A stretch of DNA of 64,000 nucleotides from Octopus bimaculoides (Eukaryota): assembly GCF_001194135.2 (NCBI RefSeq), contig NC_068986.1, positions 42,690,213-42,754,212 of the forward strand, read 5' to 3'. Below are positions 13,714-26,002 of this stretch, piece after piece. Both the position numbers and the translations under genes were made by a program. Position 1 is the stretch's first letter; the number at the start of each line of letters is the position of its first letter. The notes below the pieces were generated by a model. The model saw nothing but the letters and a program-made list of their open reading frames with translations. It had not been told where the DNA came from and did no database searches.

Positions 13714-13937
13714 TTAACACTTTAGCTCTCAGATTACCCTGTCAGACGCCTTGTTTTATTAATTGCATTGGTTTGAATTAATCATGCTTTGTCTTGTAGC
13801 TTTCAGGTCTTGATGATGTGATTGTTTAATTTTAGAATAACATTGTAGAGTCAGTGTGACAGGCCAGATTTGGCCAGTTTGAACATAGACACACAATATT
13901 TGGGCTAGATATAGCTTGTTTAAATGTAAAGGGCTAA
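13714..13937 (-). mobile_element. TTAA-flanked MITE family 1 copy (reverse), starting 11 nt after the start of the GC donor
   Basis: Reverse complement aligns with the 53525 copy; ends TTAA-cactttagc ... taaaggg-ctaa. Confidence 0.7.
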
Positions 13938-14452
13938 CACTTGGTTTGTTTAACTGTTCTTGACAGCTATGATTTATTATATTTTCTCATACAGATGTCA
14001 TTTGAACAGACTTCCTCCATAGCAGTATTTTCTAATCATGAAGACGGCGAGAGTCATTAAGATGTAGTTTTTGTTTAGTTAAGCATGTGAGATTACCAGA
14101 AAGGGCACCAGTAGCTGTGGAGTACAAGCAGTTTTGCTAAGATTGAAAGTTTTGAATGTTGTCTATGCATAGGTGGAGTGAGCTGGTGATTTTGTCTTTG
14201 TTTAGTTGAAGGGGAAGAGATAGATATGATTCCATTTGTGATTGTATTTGCTATGGTTAGCAGGTTTGGCATGAGATGTTTAGATTACATGTGAACAATG
14301 TCTGTGTGCAGAAAATTGGGGAGCAGTTAAGGATAGTATCATCTACATTAGAGTAAATGTTGCCGAAGGTGATGGCAAGAATGTCGTTGATGCACACTGC
14401 ACCAGCATGGCTACAGTTTAATGATTGAAAGGAGTAATACTAAAGATAAAAG

Positions 14453-14521
<69 letters not shown>

Positions 14522-14657
14522 GAGCTCCCGTACAGTTCTATCTCTCAGCTGTCACTCACAAGATAGTAGTCAAGCTGAGACTTTATTAAAAGACACCTAA
14601 GTTTCCCTGCTGTAGTATCAAACCTGAAACCTCATGGTTGCAATACAAACTTGTGTG

Positions 14658-14688
<31 letters not shown>

Positions 14689-15697
14689 ACACTCGTCATC
14701 ATCATTTTGATGTGCTCTTTTCACATGCAATTCATTGAAGTAGATTTTCTATGGCTGGATGCCCTTCCTGTCACCAATTGTCCTCTATTTCCAAGCAAGA
14801 TCATATTGTCCCATGCCCAGATATGTTTCCACAGAAAGCTTGAAATAAATAAAGCTGCTTCTAATATTGTTACTTGTTTACAACTATTGTGTGACATCAA
14901 GACAGAAAGACACAAACACACACTTACCTTTGCATGCACACACACACACACAGACACACACACACATACATACATACATAAAAAGCATTTCACATTTTCT
15001 AGCTACCATATCCACTCACAAAGCTTTTGGTTGGCCCAGAGCTAAAGTAGAAGGCACTTTCCCAAGGTCACACATGGTGGGATTGAACTCAAAACCATGT
15101 TGTTGGGAAGCAAACTTCCTAACCACATAACCATGGTTGTACCTTTATCATTTTAAACAGTTATTTACAAAACAGGTGTCTTTATCTTGACAACTGTGAA
15201 TAAGTTTTGGAACAAGAATGATTTGTATTTGTTTGTTTTTTTGTTGTTTTGTTTTCATCATGATAAATAACCACAGCTGCTCTTAAAAGCAGGTCAGCTA
15301 GTGCAACTGTTGACAAATAGAACCTACTAAAATGATATGCTATAAAAAGAAGAAAAATTATAGTAATAACCCAACATAAAAGTATATTCCAATTACAGAT
15401 ACATTAGGCAATTGTTGTCATAAGAAATTTCTTAGTTAACGTGATTGTTCTTTTATAAAAGAATTCATATAATTGTCAAATAAGTTACAACACACACACA
15501 CACACACGTGTCTATGTATGTATATATTGTCATTATCTTCAAAAATGGCAAGTATGGAAAGTTTCCATATTTTTTCCATACCAGCCATGTTTGAGAAGCA
15601 TATGTCCAGTTACCTAACATTCAGTGTGAAACTGGTATGATCAGCTGTAATGGATTTATAATATTGTATACTCCTATTAGCATGTATATATATATAT

Positions 15698-18591
15698 CAT
15701 CATCATCATCATCATCATCGTTTAACGTCCACTTTCTATGCTAGCATGGGTTGGACGATTTGACTGAGGACTAGTGAACCGGATGGCTGCACCAGGCTCC
15801 AGTCTGATCTGGCTGAGTTTCTACAGCTAGATGCCCTTCCTAACGCCAACCACTCCGAGAGTGTAGTGGGTGCTTTTACGTGCCACCAGCACGAGGGCCA
15901 GTCAGGCAGTACTGGCAACGGCCACACTCAACATTTTTTTTCTCTACATACCACCAGCATAGGAGCCAGTCCAGCAGCACTGGCAATGACCTCGCTTGAA
16001 TGTTTTCTAACATGCCACCAGCACAAGTGCCAGTAAGGCAACGCCGGTAACGATCATGCTGAAATGGTGCTATTTACGTGCCACTGGCACAGAAGCCAGA
16101 CAGCTGCTCTGGCAATGATCACGCTCGGACGGTACTGTTAGTGCTCCACTGGCACAGGTGCCAGTCATCGAATATGATTCAATTGCATTTCGATTTCACT
16201 TGCCGTAACTGGTCTTCGCAAGCAGAGTTTAGTGTCCAATGAAGGAGAGGTTGGCATGGGTGCCAGTCGTTGAATTTGGTTCGATCTCGATTTCACTTTC
16301 CTCAACAGGTCTTTGCAAGCAGAGTTTAGTGTTCAATGAAGTAAAGATGCGAATAAGTGAGCTGGCTACACTCCTGGCAGAGGTCACGGATTATGGTCTC
16401 ACTTGGCTTACCGGGTCTTCTCATGCAGTGCATATTTCCAAAGGTTCCGGTCACTAGTCATTGCCTCGGTCAGGCCTAATGTTCGAAGTTCGTGCTTCAC
16501 CACCTCATCCCAGGTAGCTCTTCCACAGGTTTCCTCAACCGCTAGGGTGTGGTACTTTTTCACACAGCTATCCTCATCCATTCTTGCCACATGACCATAC
16601 CAGCGCAATCGTCTCTCTTGCACACCACAACTGATGCTTCTTAGGTCCAACTTTTCTCTCAAGATACTTATACTCTGTCGAGTATGCACACTGACATTAC
16701 ACATCCATCGGAGCATACTGGCTTCGTTTCTTGCGAGCTTACGCATGTCTTCAGCAGTTACGGCCCATGTTTCACTGCCATGTAGCATGGCTGTTCGTAC
16801 ACATGCATCATACAGTCTGCCTTTTACTCTGAGCGAGAGACCCTTTGTCACCAGCAGAGGTAAGAGCTCTCTGAACTTTGCCTAGGCTATTCTTATTCTA
16901 GCAGCTACACTTTCAGCGCACCCTTCCCCGCTACTAACCTGGTCACCTAGATAGCAGAAGCTATCACCTACTTCTAGTTTTTCTCCCTGGATAGTGGCAA
17001 AGGTTGTTTTCTGCACATATTCAGTGTTTATTGCTCCTAAGCATCTGCCACATACAAAAACTATCTTGCTAGTTAGCCTTCCTTTGATATTGCTGCACCT
17101 CTTATGTGTCTATAGCTTACACTGGGTACTTCTTAGGGAGTTTCTACCTACGCCTTTTCTACAGATCAAGCAGAGACATCTACCTGAAGGGGTTTGTGTT
17201 TTGTCTACCTTCCTACTTATTAGAACTTTGGTTTTAGCTAGGTTAACTCTAATGCCCTTCGATTTTAGTCCTTGCTTCCACACCTGAAACTTCTCCTCTT
17301 GTTCTGATAGTGACTCAGCAATTAGGGCAAGGTCGTCAGCATAGAGAAGCTCCCAGGGGCATCCTGTCTTGAATTCCTCTGTTATTGCCTGGAGGACTAT
17401 GATAAATAGGAGGGGGCTGAGCGCTGAACCTAGGTGGACCCCTACCTCTACCTGGAATTCTTCACTGTACTCGTTGCCAACCCTCACCTTACTGACAGCG
17501 TCCCTGCACATGGCTTGCACAGCTCTCACTAACCACTCATCTATCCCTAGTTTCCTCATTGACCACTAGATAAGGGAGCAGGGTCCCTGTCAAAGGCTTT
17601 CTCCATGTCAACGAAAGCCAGGTACAGAGATTTATCTTTGGCTAGGTATTTCTTCTGCAGCTGTTTTACCAGAAATATAGCATCAGTGGTGTTTTTCCCT
17701 GGCACGAACTCAAACTGCATCTCATCCAAACTGACTCTCTCCCTAATTAGTTGGGCTATGCCCCTCTCCATGACTTTCATTACCTGATTCAACAACTTGA
17801 TACCTCTGTAATTATTTGTATCTGAAGCTTCGACTTTACCTTTGTAGCAGTTGACTATGGTACTGCTACACCAGTCATTGGGTATGACTCCTTCGTCTAT
17901 CACCTGGTTAGCTATACGGGTGACTAGGCTATAGCCGACACTGCCAGATATTTTGAGCGTCTCTGCAATGATTCCTGATGGGCCAGGAGCTTTCCCTGTC
18001 TTCATACTCTTAATTGCTTTATCTACCATGATACTGTCAACTCGGATAGCTGGTCCTTCTGTTGGGTTGACATTTGGCAGACTCTCTTTCTCCCATTCAT
18101 TCTCTTTAGCAACCTTTCATAGTGGCGTCTCCAAGTCTCTCTCCTTGCAGCCTCATTAAATTCAAGTGAGTCGTCATCCATACAGACACATTTCTCTCCT
18201 ATGACATCATGATTCTCTCTCACACACTGTCTTGCAACACAAAATACCTCAAGTCTTTGGTCCTCACGGTGCAGAACATTGGCAAATTTTTTCTTATCTG
18301 CTTCCTCTCTGGCTAAGTAAACCTGTCTCCTAGCTTCCCTTCTGGCAGTCTGATACAATTCCCTACTACCATTTCCAGTCCTTCCAAGCCTGTTTCTTTT
18401 GTCTAATAGCCCTGTAAACAACATTGTTCCATCACCACGTTATTTTGGGTCAAGAGGTGACTTTGCACCATCCATAGATCTGGTCAGTGGCCCTCAGCAG
18501 GTTGTCCTGTAGAAACCTCCAGTTGTCTTCTACATCGTGTGAAGCTATATCCCCTTCTATTTCGTCAAAGGCTTCAAGTAATATGTCTCTT
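15698..18591 (-). mobile_element. RTE-clade LINE, decayed; RT, C-terminus, ~700-nt 3' UTR and (GAT)n tail; 5' part runs into the N-gap
   Basis: Frameshifted ORF pieces contain GKAPGPSG, NYRGIKLL, FVDMEKAFDR, GVHLGSALSPLLF, LYADDL, LHGSETW and RRLRWYGHV. The ORF stops at 16408 and the (cat)n run at 15698-15720 is the tail. Confidence 0.93.
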
Positions 18592-18625
18592 NNNNNNNNN
18601 NNNNNNNNNNNNNNNNNNNNNNNNN
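18592..18625. other. Assembly gap (34 N)
   Basis: N run. Confidence 1.
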
Positions 18626-18630
18626 ATATA

Positions 18631-19010
18631 GGTGCAGGAGTGGCTGTTTGGTGAGTAGCTTGCATCCCAACCACATGGTTCCAGGTTCAGTCCCACTGCA
18701 AGACACCTTGGACAAGTGTCTTCTACTATAGCCTCGGGCTGACCAAAGCCTTGTGAGTAGATTTGGTAGACCAAAACTGAAAGAAACCTGCCGTATACAT
18801 GTGCGTGTCTGTGTGTCTATGTTTGTCCTCCCCACCGTTGCTTGACAACCGATGCTGATGTGTTTATGTCCCCGTAACATAGCAGTTTGGCAAAAGAGAT
18901 CGATAGAATAAGTACTAGGCTTATAAAGAATAAGTCCTGGGGTCAGTTTCTTCGACTAAAGTTGGTGCTCCAGCATGGCTGCAGTCAAATGACCGAAACA
19001 AGTAAAAGAA
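18631..19010 (+). mobile_element. SINE family A, full length
   Basis: Colinear with 2520-2915. Confidence 0.85.
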
Positions 19011-22000
19011 TATATATAAAATCTTGCCCACAAGGTATGAATGTGTTGTTCATGTTCGGTTGGTGACCTTTTCTTCTTTGTTTGTCTAAAATTCTGACTT
19101 ATTTTGTCTAATTAAAATCTGTCATTAATTTCAGATTTGTTCCTTTTGATCACAAATATTATATTAGGATTTAATACTACCAAGCTAATACTAAGTAGCT
19201 GACATATTTTCTTGAAAGCAAGTGGGGGTACTTGTGGAGATTCAACAGTGTAGTTGGCTATATCACAGACAACCATTTCTAGTATCTATCTTGGACTTAA
19301 TAAATGGTTGAAATTAGATAATGATAACTGGTAACAGATGTTGCTTGGTAAACGACAAAGACAGGTCATCTGAGTAATGTGAGTGAGCTTGTGGTTCTTT
19401 CCCTAATTGGTGCTTATGATATTCAACATCATTTGTACCTGTACATGTGTGTGTTTGTATACAAGTGTGTGTGTATGTGTATATATGTGTGTCTGTATGC
19501 AAGTGTGTGTGTATGTGTGCACATACATGTATCTGCGTGCCTGTGTGTTTATTTACATTCATGTATCTCTGAAAATCAGGAGCTACAAATGGTGATGTAT
19601 TTTCTCATATCAATAAATAGGCTTTATGCTTATGGAGATAAATGGGATAAGAGATCCCTGATCAGAAAAACTAGTATTGATTAGCCACAGGATGGGTATC
19701 CAGCTATAAAATAATATCTCAGTAATGCTTTCCAAGCCAATTTCAAAAAAGGACCTTGGAAAGGAAGAAAATATATGTCTGTATAAGCCTCTATGTGTGT
19801 GTGAGAGAGAGAGAGATGAGTGAGAGAAAGTTGTGCTAGAGTCCTGTTGCTTTTAAATGAAGAATTATGTCATCAGCATAAGAGTAGGTGTTGTTGAATG
19901 TGGCCCCAAGTTGTAAGGTCATTGATGTATAGAAGGAAGAAAAAAGGAGGCAAAATCAAACCCTGTGAGGCACCAGAGTTGGTTGAGAGTAGGGCAGAAA
20001 GAGTTCTGTCAGCACATGCTACAAATGATGTGATACAATAGGAAGAGCTATATTAGTCCTAGGGATGAAAGATGGGTGGAACCCGTAAAGAGGAAGTTTT
20101 GACAGGAGATTTGCATGCCAGACATGGTTAACTGTTTTGATACCAACCTGCCTGGTTCTATAATATAAACTTCTTGTTTTAAAGTGAACTAAATTAAAAA
20201 CATACATCAAAACAATATTAATTTATATACCAAAAATTAGCTTAATAGTAACACACAATTATTTTATTAAATTCTCTGTTATTTTCAAAATTAATTGAGG
20301 ACAAAAGCAGTGTGAAGCAACAGCACTGGTCTCACCAAACTTCTCTTAAGTGCAAGCCCGTTAATGTGTCACATAATGGAGCAGGTCTTTGAAGAAACCT
20401 CACTGGTAGTCCCTGAGATATGACAGAATTTGAAAGTATTTGAGTTGGTTATTGTTATCGATCATTTCCATTACCTTGTTATGTAGCAACCTGAAATGTT
20501 CTGTTTTTCTTGTTATAAGAACCATCTGTTTCCAGTGTTAACTTTCTAATTTTTATTTTTGTTAAAGATGTGATAGAACTTCCTTACATTATGTTGTCTG
20601 TAGATATAATTCAGCTGTGTTTCAAATCTCTCAAAAACTTTAAATCAATATTTTAGGTTTTTTTTTTTCTTTGGCTTATTGGAAAACATAATTGATTATT
20701 TAAAAACATTTAAATATGCAATTGTTAAAACTTAAAACTTGAGGTAACTTTATGTCCAAATTGTCATAAAATTAATAATTCTAACTATTTAATGTGAAAA
20801 GTTTATTTGATATGATAACAGGTGTGATTGAAATAAATATTACTTGAGTTGGTCAACAATAATAGGAACTCACTCAATTTTCTGTCACTGAAGTATCAGT
20901 GGTAAAAGTTCTCAATGAGTCCGTACCATTGGAAGTTGAGACAAATGTATCAGATGCAGTTTTTGTAGTCATTCTCATTTAAAACAATTGCCTGGTTTCT
21001 TTAGATGAAAATTGCAGGGTCCAAAAAAACACCATGCTTTGACTGAAAAAGAAACTCAGTCTATTAGTGAAGCCACTTGTCACTGGCACTACTACCTGAT
21101 AGGCATTTCACTATAGAGACTGACCAGTATTCGGTAAGTTTCATGCTTCATAAATATTGTAGGAATAAAATAAATAATGACAAGTATTACATTGGGGAAC
21201 AGAGATATCACGTAACCACTTTAGTATCAGCCTGCTGAGCATAATGTTGTTCCCTATGTATTTTTCAAATCATTTTGCAGAGTGACGTTTTATGATCACT
21301 GATCTCTAGTCAAAATTCATAATCTATTGTGCCACTCAGGGATTATTCTTTTGCATTACTGTAAGATGTTAAATATGAATTTCTCATTAGCAAAGGAATT
21401 TGGTGTGGTGGACCCCTGAGCTATAATCCTCAAAGCTATGATGGCAAGTTGGAGAATTTGGTGAAGGAATTTGAAAAATAGTCATAGCTTTAAAGTCATA
21501 TGAATTGCTTGCTAGTTACCAATAAACTATTGCTTACTGCTCACAGCTAGTATTATGCATCCTCATATTATTCTCAATGCCTCGTTGCTCTTCCACAGAG
21601 ACCTCAGTGCCTTTGTGGTTGTGTAGTCCTGGATCAGTTCTGTTGAGACAACACATTTACATAAACAAAACAGCTCATTGGTTGATGAACAAGAGCTCTT
21701 ACACATAAACCTTTGCTACACTCATGTTTTCTATACCTGGTGGTAAATAGAGTAGAGCCTGTTTTGGCATTAATACCAATATAAATTACTTCCAAGAATG
21801 AGATTCAAACACTGTTTGAAAATAGTTATGGAGACAGGTTGATCAGAGAAGCAACTATATCTGTAGCTAAAAAGATGAAGTGGTCCCTGATCAATCATTG
21901 ATGAGCCTTTGACGATTGCTCTGAGGAAGATAGTGCTGTTCTTGCATCCTGCCAATCATTTGGATTTGTGGATTGAAAATATTATGAAAGATGAAGAATC

Positions 22001-23554
22001 TCAGTAAAACCATTGAGAGTTATTACAAAAATGATTTCAACCAAATTACTAAATTATTCTATTGTAAAAATAAATCAGATTTTTACTGTGACACATTTTC
22101 TGTTGACTTGCATGACATGCAATTTTTTAATAGAGGAGTCATTTATAAATAGTAACAAACTATGCTGAGTTTTTTTGTATGAATGTAGCCATCTGTGTGC
22201 TGTTTGCATTATCAGATGTTCATTATTGTTACTCACAGTTGTATGTTGAATAAAGCCTTCAATTAAGGTATCTTTTAATTGCTCGAGATTTGCCTAGAAG
22301 TTTCAAAAAAGTAATTGATGAAAAAAATATGAATTAATAAAGCTATAGTAAAAATCATCAAGAGAAGACTAAAGAAGACAAGTGTCTAAGATTCTATTAC
22401 CTGTGAGCAATATCTAAAATGTACTTGTTGACATGTGAGAGGAACACCATTATTCTCAAACCCTAACAGTTAAAAGTCTGTTAAAAGCAGAGGTTATTTC
22501 CTTTAGACATCAAAGAGATTTTAAAAGGCATGAACCTATATTCAGGTACAGCTGTATGTATGCAAGTGTGCATAGAGACACCTATCTGTATGCACTGTAA
22601 ACAGAGTGGCTGAAGTCAATACACCTATTCAAATGGGTGTAGTGCTAGAAATGATTCTAACAGCATGAGAAATGTGTTAGTTTGGCTGCAAGAAGAAATA
22701 GAAAGTCAGTAAAATAAAAAAATAAAAAATAATTTTACTTAATTCTTTGTTATATATATAAACACACATACACACATGCATAATTATGATATATTTGTTT
22801 ACATGCGTTTGTTTGAACTTGGTCAGAACCATTTCTTCTTTTTATTTTTTGTTCATACATTCATCATAGTATTATGCTTTCCCAACCTCTTGGTCTTGGG
22901 TTCAGTTCCACTGCATGGTACCTTAGGTGTCTTCTACTATAATCCTGGGCCAACCAAAACCTTGTGAGTAGATTTGGTAGATGGAAACTGAAAGAAGCCT
23001 GTGACATGAATGTGTGTGTGTGTGACATTATGTGATAGTTGTAATTGAGTATCAAGCAGGATCATTCATTCCAGTATGCAGTGAAAATATAGCTAGTCAT
23101 GGGGGAAAATTACGTTGTTTAGATGAGGCTTAGTGACAAGAAGAGCATCAGGCCATAGAAATCTGCTTCATTAAACTTTGTTCAACCCATGCAAGCATGG
23201 AAAGGAGGACATTAAAACAAAGTTGATGGTGAGTTAATGTATACATACAGCATGCCACAGAAGAGCAATAAATGGGTTTTTTTTTAAAATTCTAATTTAG
23301 AGTATATAATTCAATTACTCACTTAGCTATAACATGTGCATTCTTTTGCATGCCAACACACTAGGCCTTCACAAATAATAAGTATTGGATATCCAGCTCA
23401 TATTCATGCACTCCCTCTTCTATTGCAACAACAATTACAGTATAAAATATCAAATTATTTACGATTGTGTACCTGAAATAACATTTTCAACCTGAGTAAC
23501 CCCTAAAAACAACGCCAAATCATACATTCAAAATAAATGGAAGTGGAGAGACAA

Positions 23555-23595
23555 GTTACTGAAGAGATTGCAAGAGTGCAATGAAATGATTTAAC
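23555..23595 (+). ncRNA. Minimal hammerhead-like motif (sense to the host gene)
   Basis: guua CUGAAGA g auugca-agag-ugcaau GAAA uga UU uaac. 4-bp stem I, 6-bp stem II, near-absent stem III. Confidence 0.4.
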
Positions 23596-25720
23596 AAAAA
23601 ACTATATACTGTTTATAAATTACTAAAGGACTGAATCAGTGCATGTGTTTATTACCGGCATAATGCCTCTCCCAAGGTTTAATTGTATTTCTTTCAACAC
23701 ACATATCCACATCAAGAATCTTGCACACGAAATACACATACAAAACCCCCGGTATGTTATCCAACAATAAGCTTGGCACATGTGGAAAAACATCTATCCA
23801 CAAACATAAAAGATGCACTAATACATATTCCATAGTATGTTACCTTTTGTACTGATACATATGCTATCTTTTATACTGATTGGAAATTTTTAAAAATCGT
23901 GGTGGATTTGCCGTCTGTTGTTACAAACAAACGTGGATTGTGACACATTTATAGTATATATCATGCAACTCAATGTAGTGATATATATACAACATATCAC
24001 CCACCAGATTCCTAAATCATGGTGGAAACTTTGAAATCATGAATAGATTGGATCAACCTGACCTCATCATTAGCCTGCTCGTGGAACAAAATTCTTCTAA
24101 CAAATGATAAGCACTAAATTTTTAATTTAAAAATAATATACAACTTGTTGTCAATGTGAAACTGAGTTTAACAACCTTTTCTTTTAATAACATTGTTGAA
24201 ATAACAATTACAGACAAAAACTTCATAAAAAGTACTTAAGTTCTAATCAGTGTGAATTTCTAGAATTCAATTTGGAAATATATGTACAAACTCAACTGGT
24301 GCTAGATTCTCATTATGCAAGACAATGAATGTGAAGCTGAAGCAATTTATATCAACAATGAAAACTATATGCATTAATATGCTTCAGAAAATTAAAGTTC
24401 ACTGAAATATCATCTCCAGAGATGGGGAAAAAAATCTCATGAAATGAACAACAAAAGTACCAAATTTGTTAAATAGACAAAAAAAAAAAGAATTTCAATG
24501 TTTCTCAAAATAAGATATGAGGCTCCCAAGAAAATGACGAAGCAGTAAAAATATGAAAATAACTCTAAAGTTGACATCATATCTCTAAATGAGCTTCAGT
24601 GTACTCATAAATAGGGCCCATTATTTGAAGGAAATGGCACACTTACTGCAGACCCTACTACTGTGAATATGCCGTTTCCTTTAAATTGTGATGAATTGAC
24701 AAAGATATCAGAGTATTCTATAAAATACTTTCTGCTGTTTGTTCCAGCTCTCTGCATGCTGAGTTTAAATCTTGTCGAGGGATAAAGTTTGCCTTTGATC
24801 TTTTTAAGGTCAATAAATAAAATATCAGTCAAATATTGAAGTTGATTCTTTTCTGTCTCACCTCTCTCAAATCAAATATGTTGCACTATGAGAAGTGTTG
24901 TAACATACCTCTCACAGTGTCTCTTGCTCTAGAAATGTTGAGTAACTTCTTGTTGAAAAACTAATACACTACTGGAATTACACAAGGGTGAACGAATGTG
25001 CAATAAAGAGATTGGTGCACATGTACATAGCTATGCTTGGTGCATTGTTCAAAACATTACTTAGGAAACTTTACTTAGGAAAGTGACAGAATGAATGAAT
25101 ATTCTCATCCTCATGAATAACAGGCAGGGGCCTCAGAGACAACCACCATTCTTTGCCACACACTGCAGCCATTTATTGCATCTTCATGCTCTCTTCAGGA
25201 TGAATAGGATCAGTTCTCAATGTTCTCTTCCAACCTAGATAATTGTCTGTGTTTGCCTCTTTACAGGTACTCACAATTATTTCAAGTTTATGTTCAAAAT
25301 TGTCCTAGTCTGGTTGGCTTCTAAGGTTACAAATCTCAGACTCCCTCCCAGCTATACTGCCAGTATAGCTGTGGCTATAGTTGTGCCCTCTAAAGTTGAG
25401 TGCTCAACCTGGAATTTATGAGCCCCCACATTAATGCTAAATAATTGTCACTAGGTTAGGTTCAGTTATTCTTTTGACAGATATTGTTTTTGTACTGCTG
25501 GGTTTCTAGTAACCCTCCTCCTCCGGTGAGCTGGGCAGGGAAACTGGTTTAGTCACCAATGATCTGACCATGCTACAGGCTGCACCAAGCTACTTGTTAC
25601 CTGGTAGCACTTGTGAGTGACCAGACATAAAACCATCAGTTACATCTATTTAACAGATATGTTTCTGCTTTAGGTAAAATAAGCCTGAAATTAGCAGCAG
25701 TCTACTTGGTAGTTTCTCAA

Positions 25721-26002
25721 CATCATCATCATCATCGTTTAACGTCTGCTTTCCATGCTAGCATGGGTTGGACGATTTGACTGAGGACTGGTAAACCAGG
25801 AGGCGACACCAGGCTCCAATCTGATTTGGCAGCGTTTCTACAGCTGGATGCCCTTCCTAATGCCAACCACTCCAAGAGTGAAGTGGGTGTTTTACGTGCC
25901 ACCAGCACGAGGGCGAATCAGGCAGTACTGGTGACGGCCACGCTCGAAATGGTGTATTTTACATGCCACCTGCACAGAAGCCAGTCCATCGGCACTGGCA
26001 AA
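25721..26002 (-). mobile_element. Short (GAT)n-tailed copy of the RTE 3' UTR
   Basis: Closely matches 15700-15960; no coding sequence. Confidence 0.85.

Noticed and set aside
15880-16340. Tandem units as a CRISPR-like array
   Set aside because: Eukaryotic LINE 3' UTR with degenerate tandem units, no unique spacers and no cas genes.
16408-18674. RT-like ORFs as a host or domesticated gene
   Set aside because: Multiple frameshifts and stops, a repeat tail and a second decayed copy show an ordinary dead LINE.
23270-25100. Possible nested gene or decayed coding region
   Set aside because: Short open stretches only, with no identifiable protein motif or consistent splice frame.
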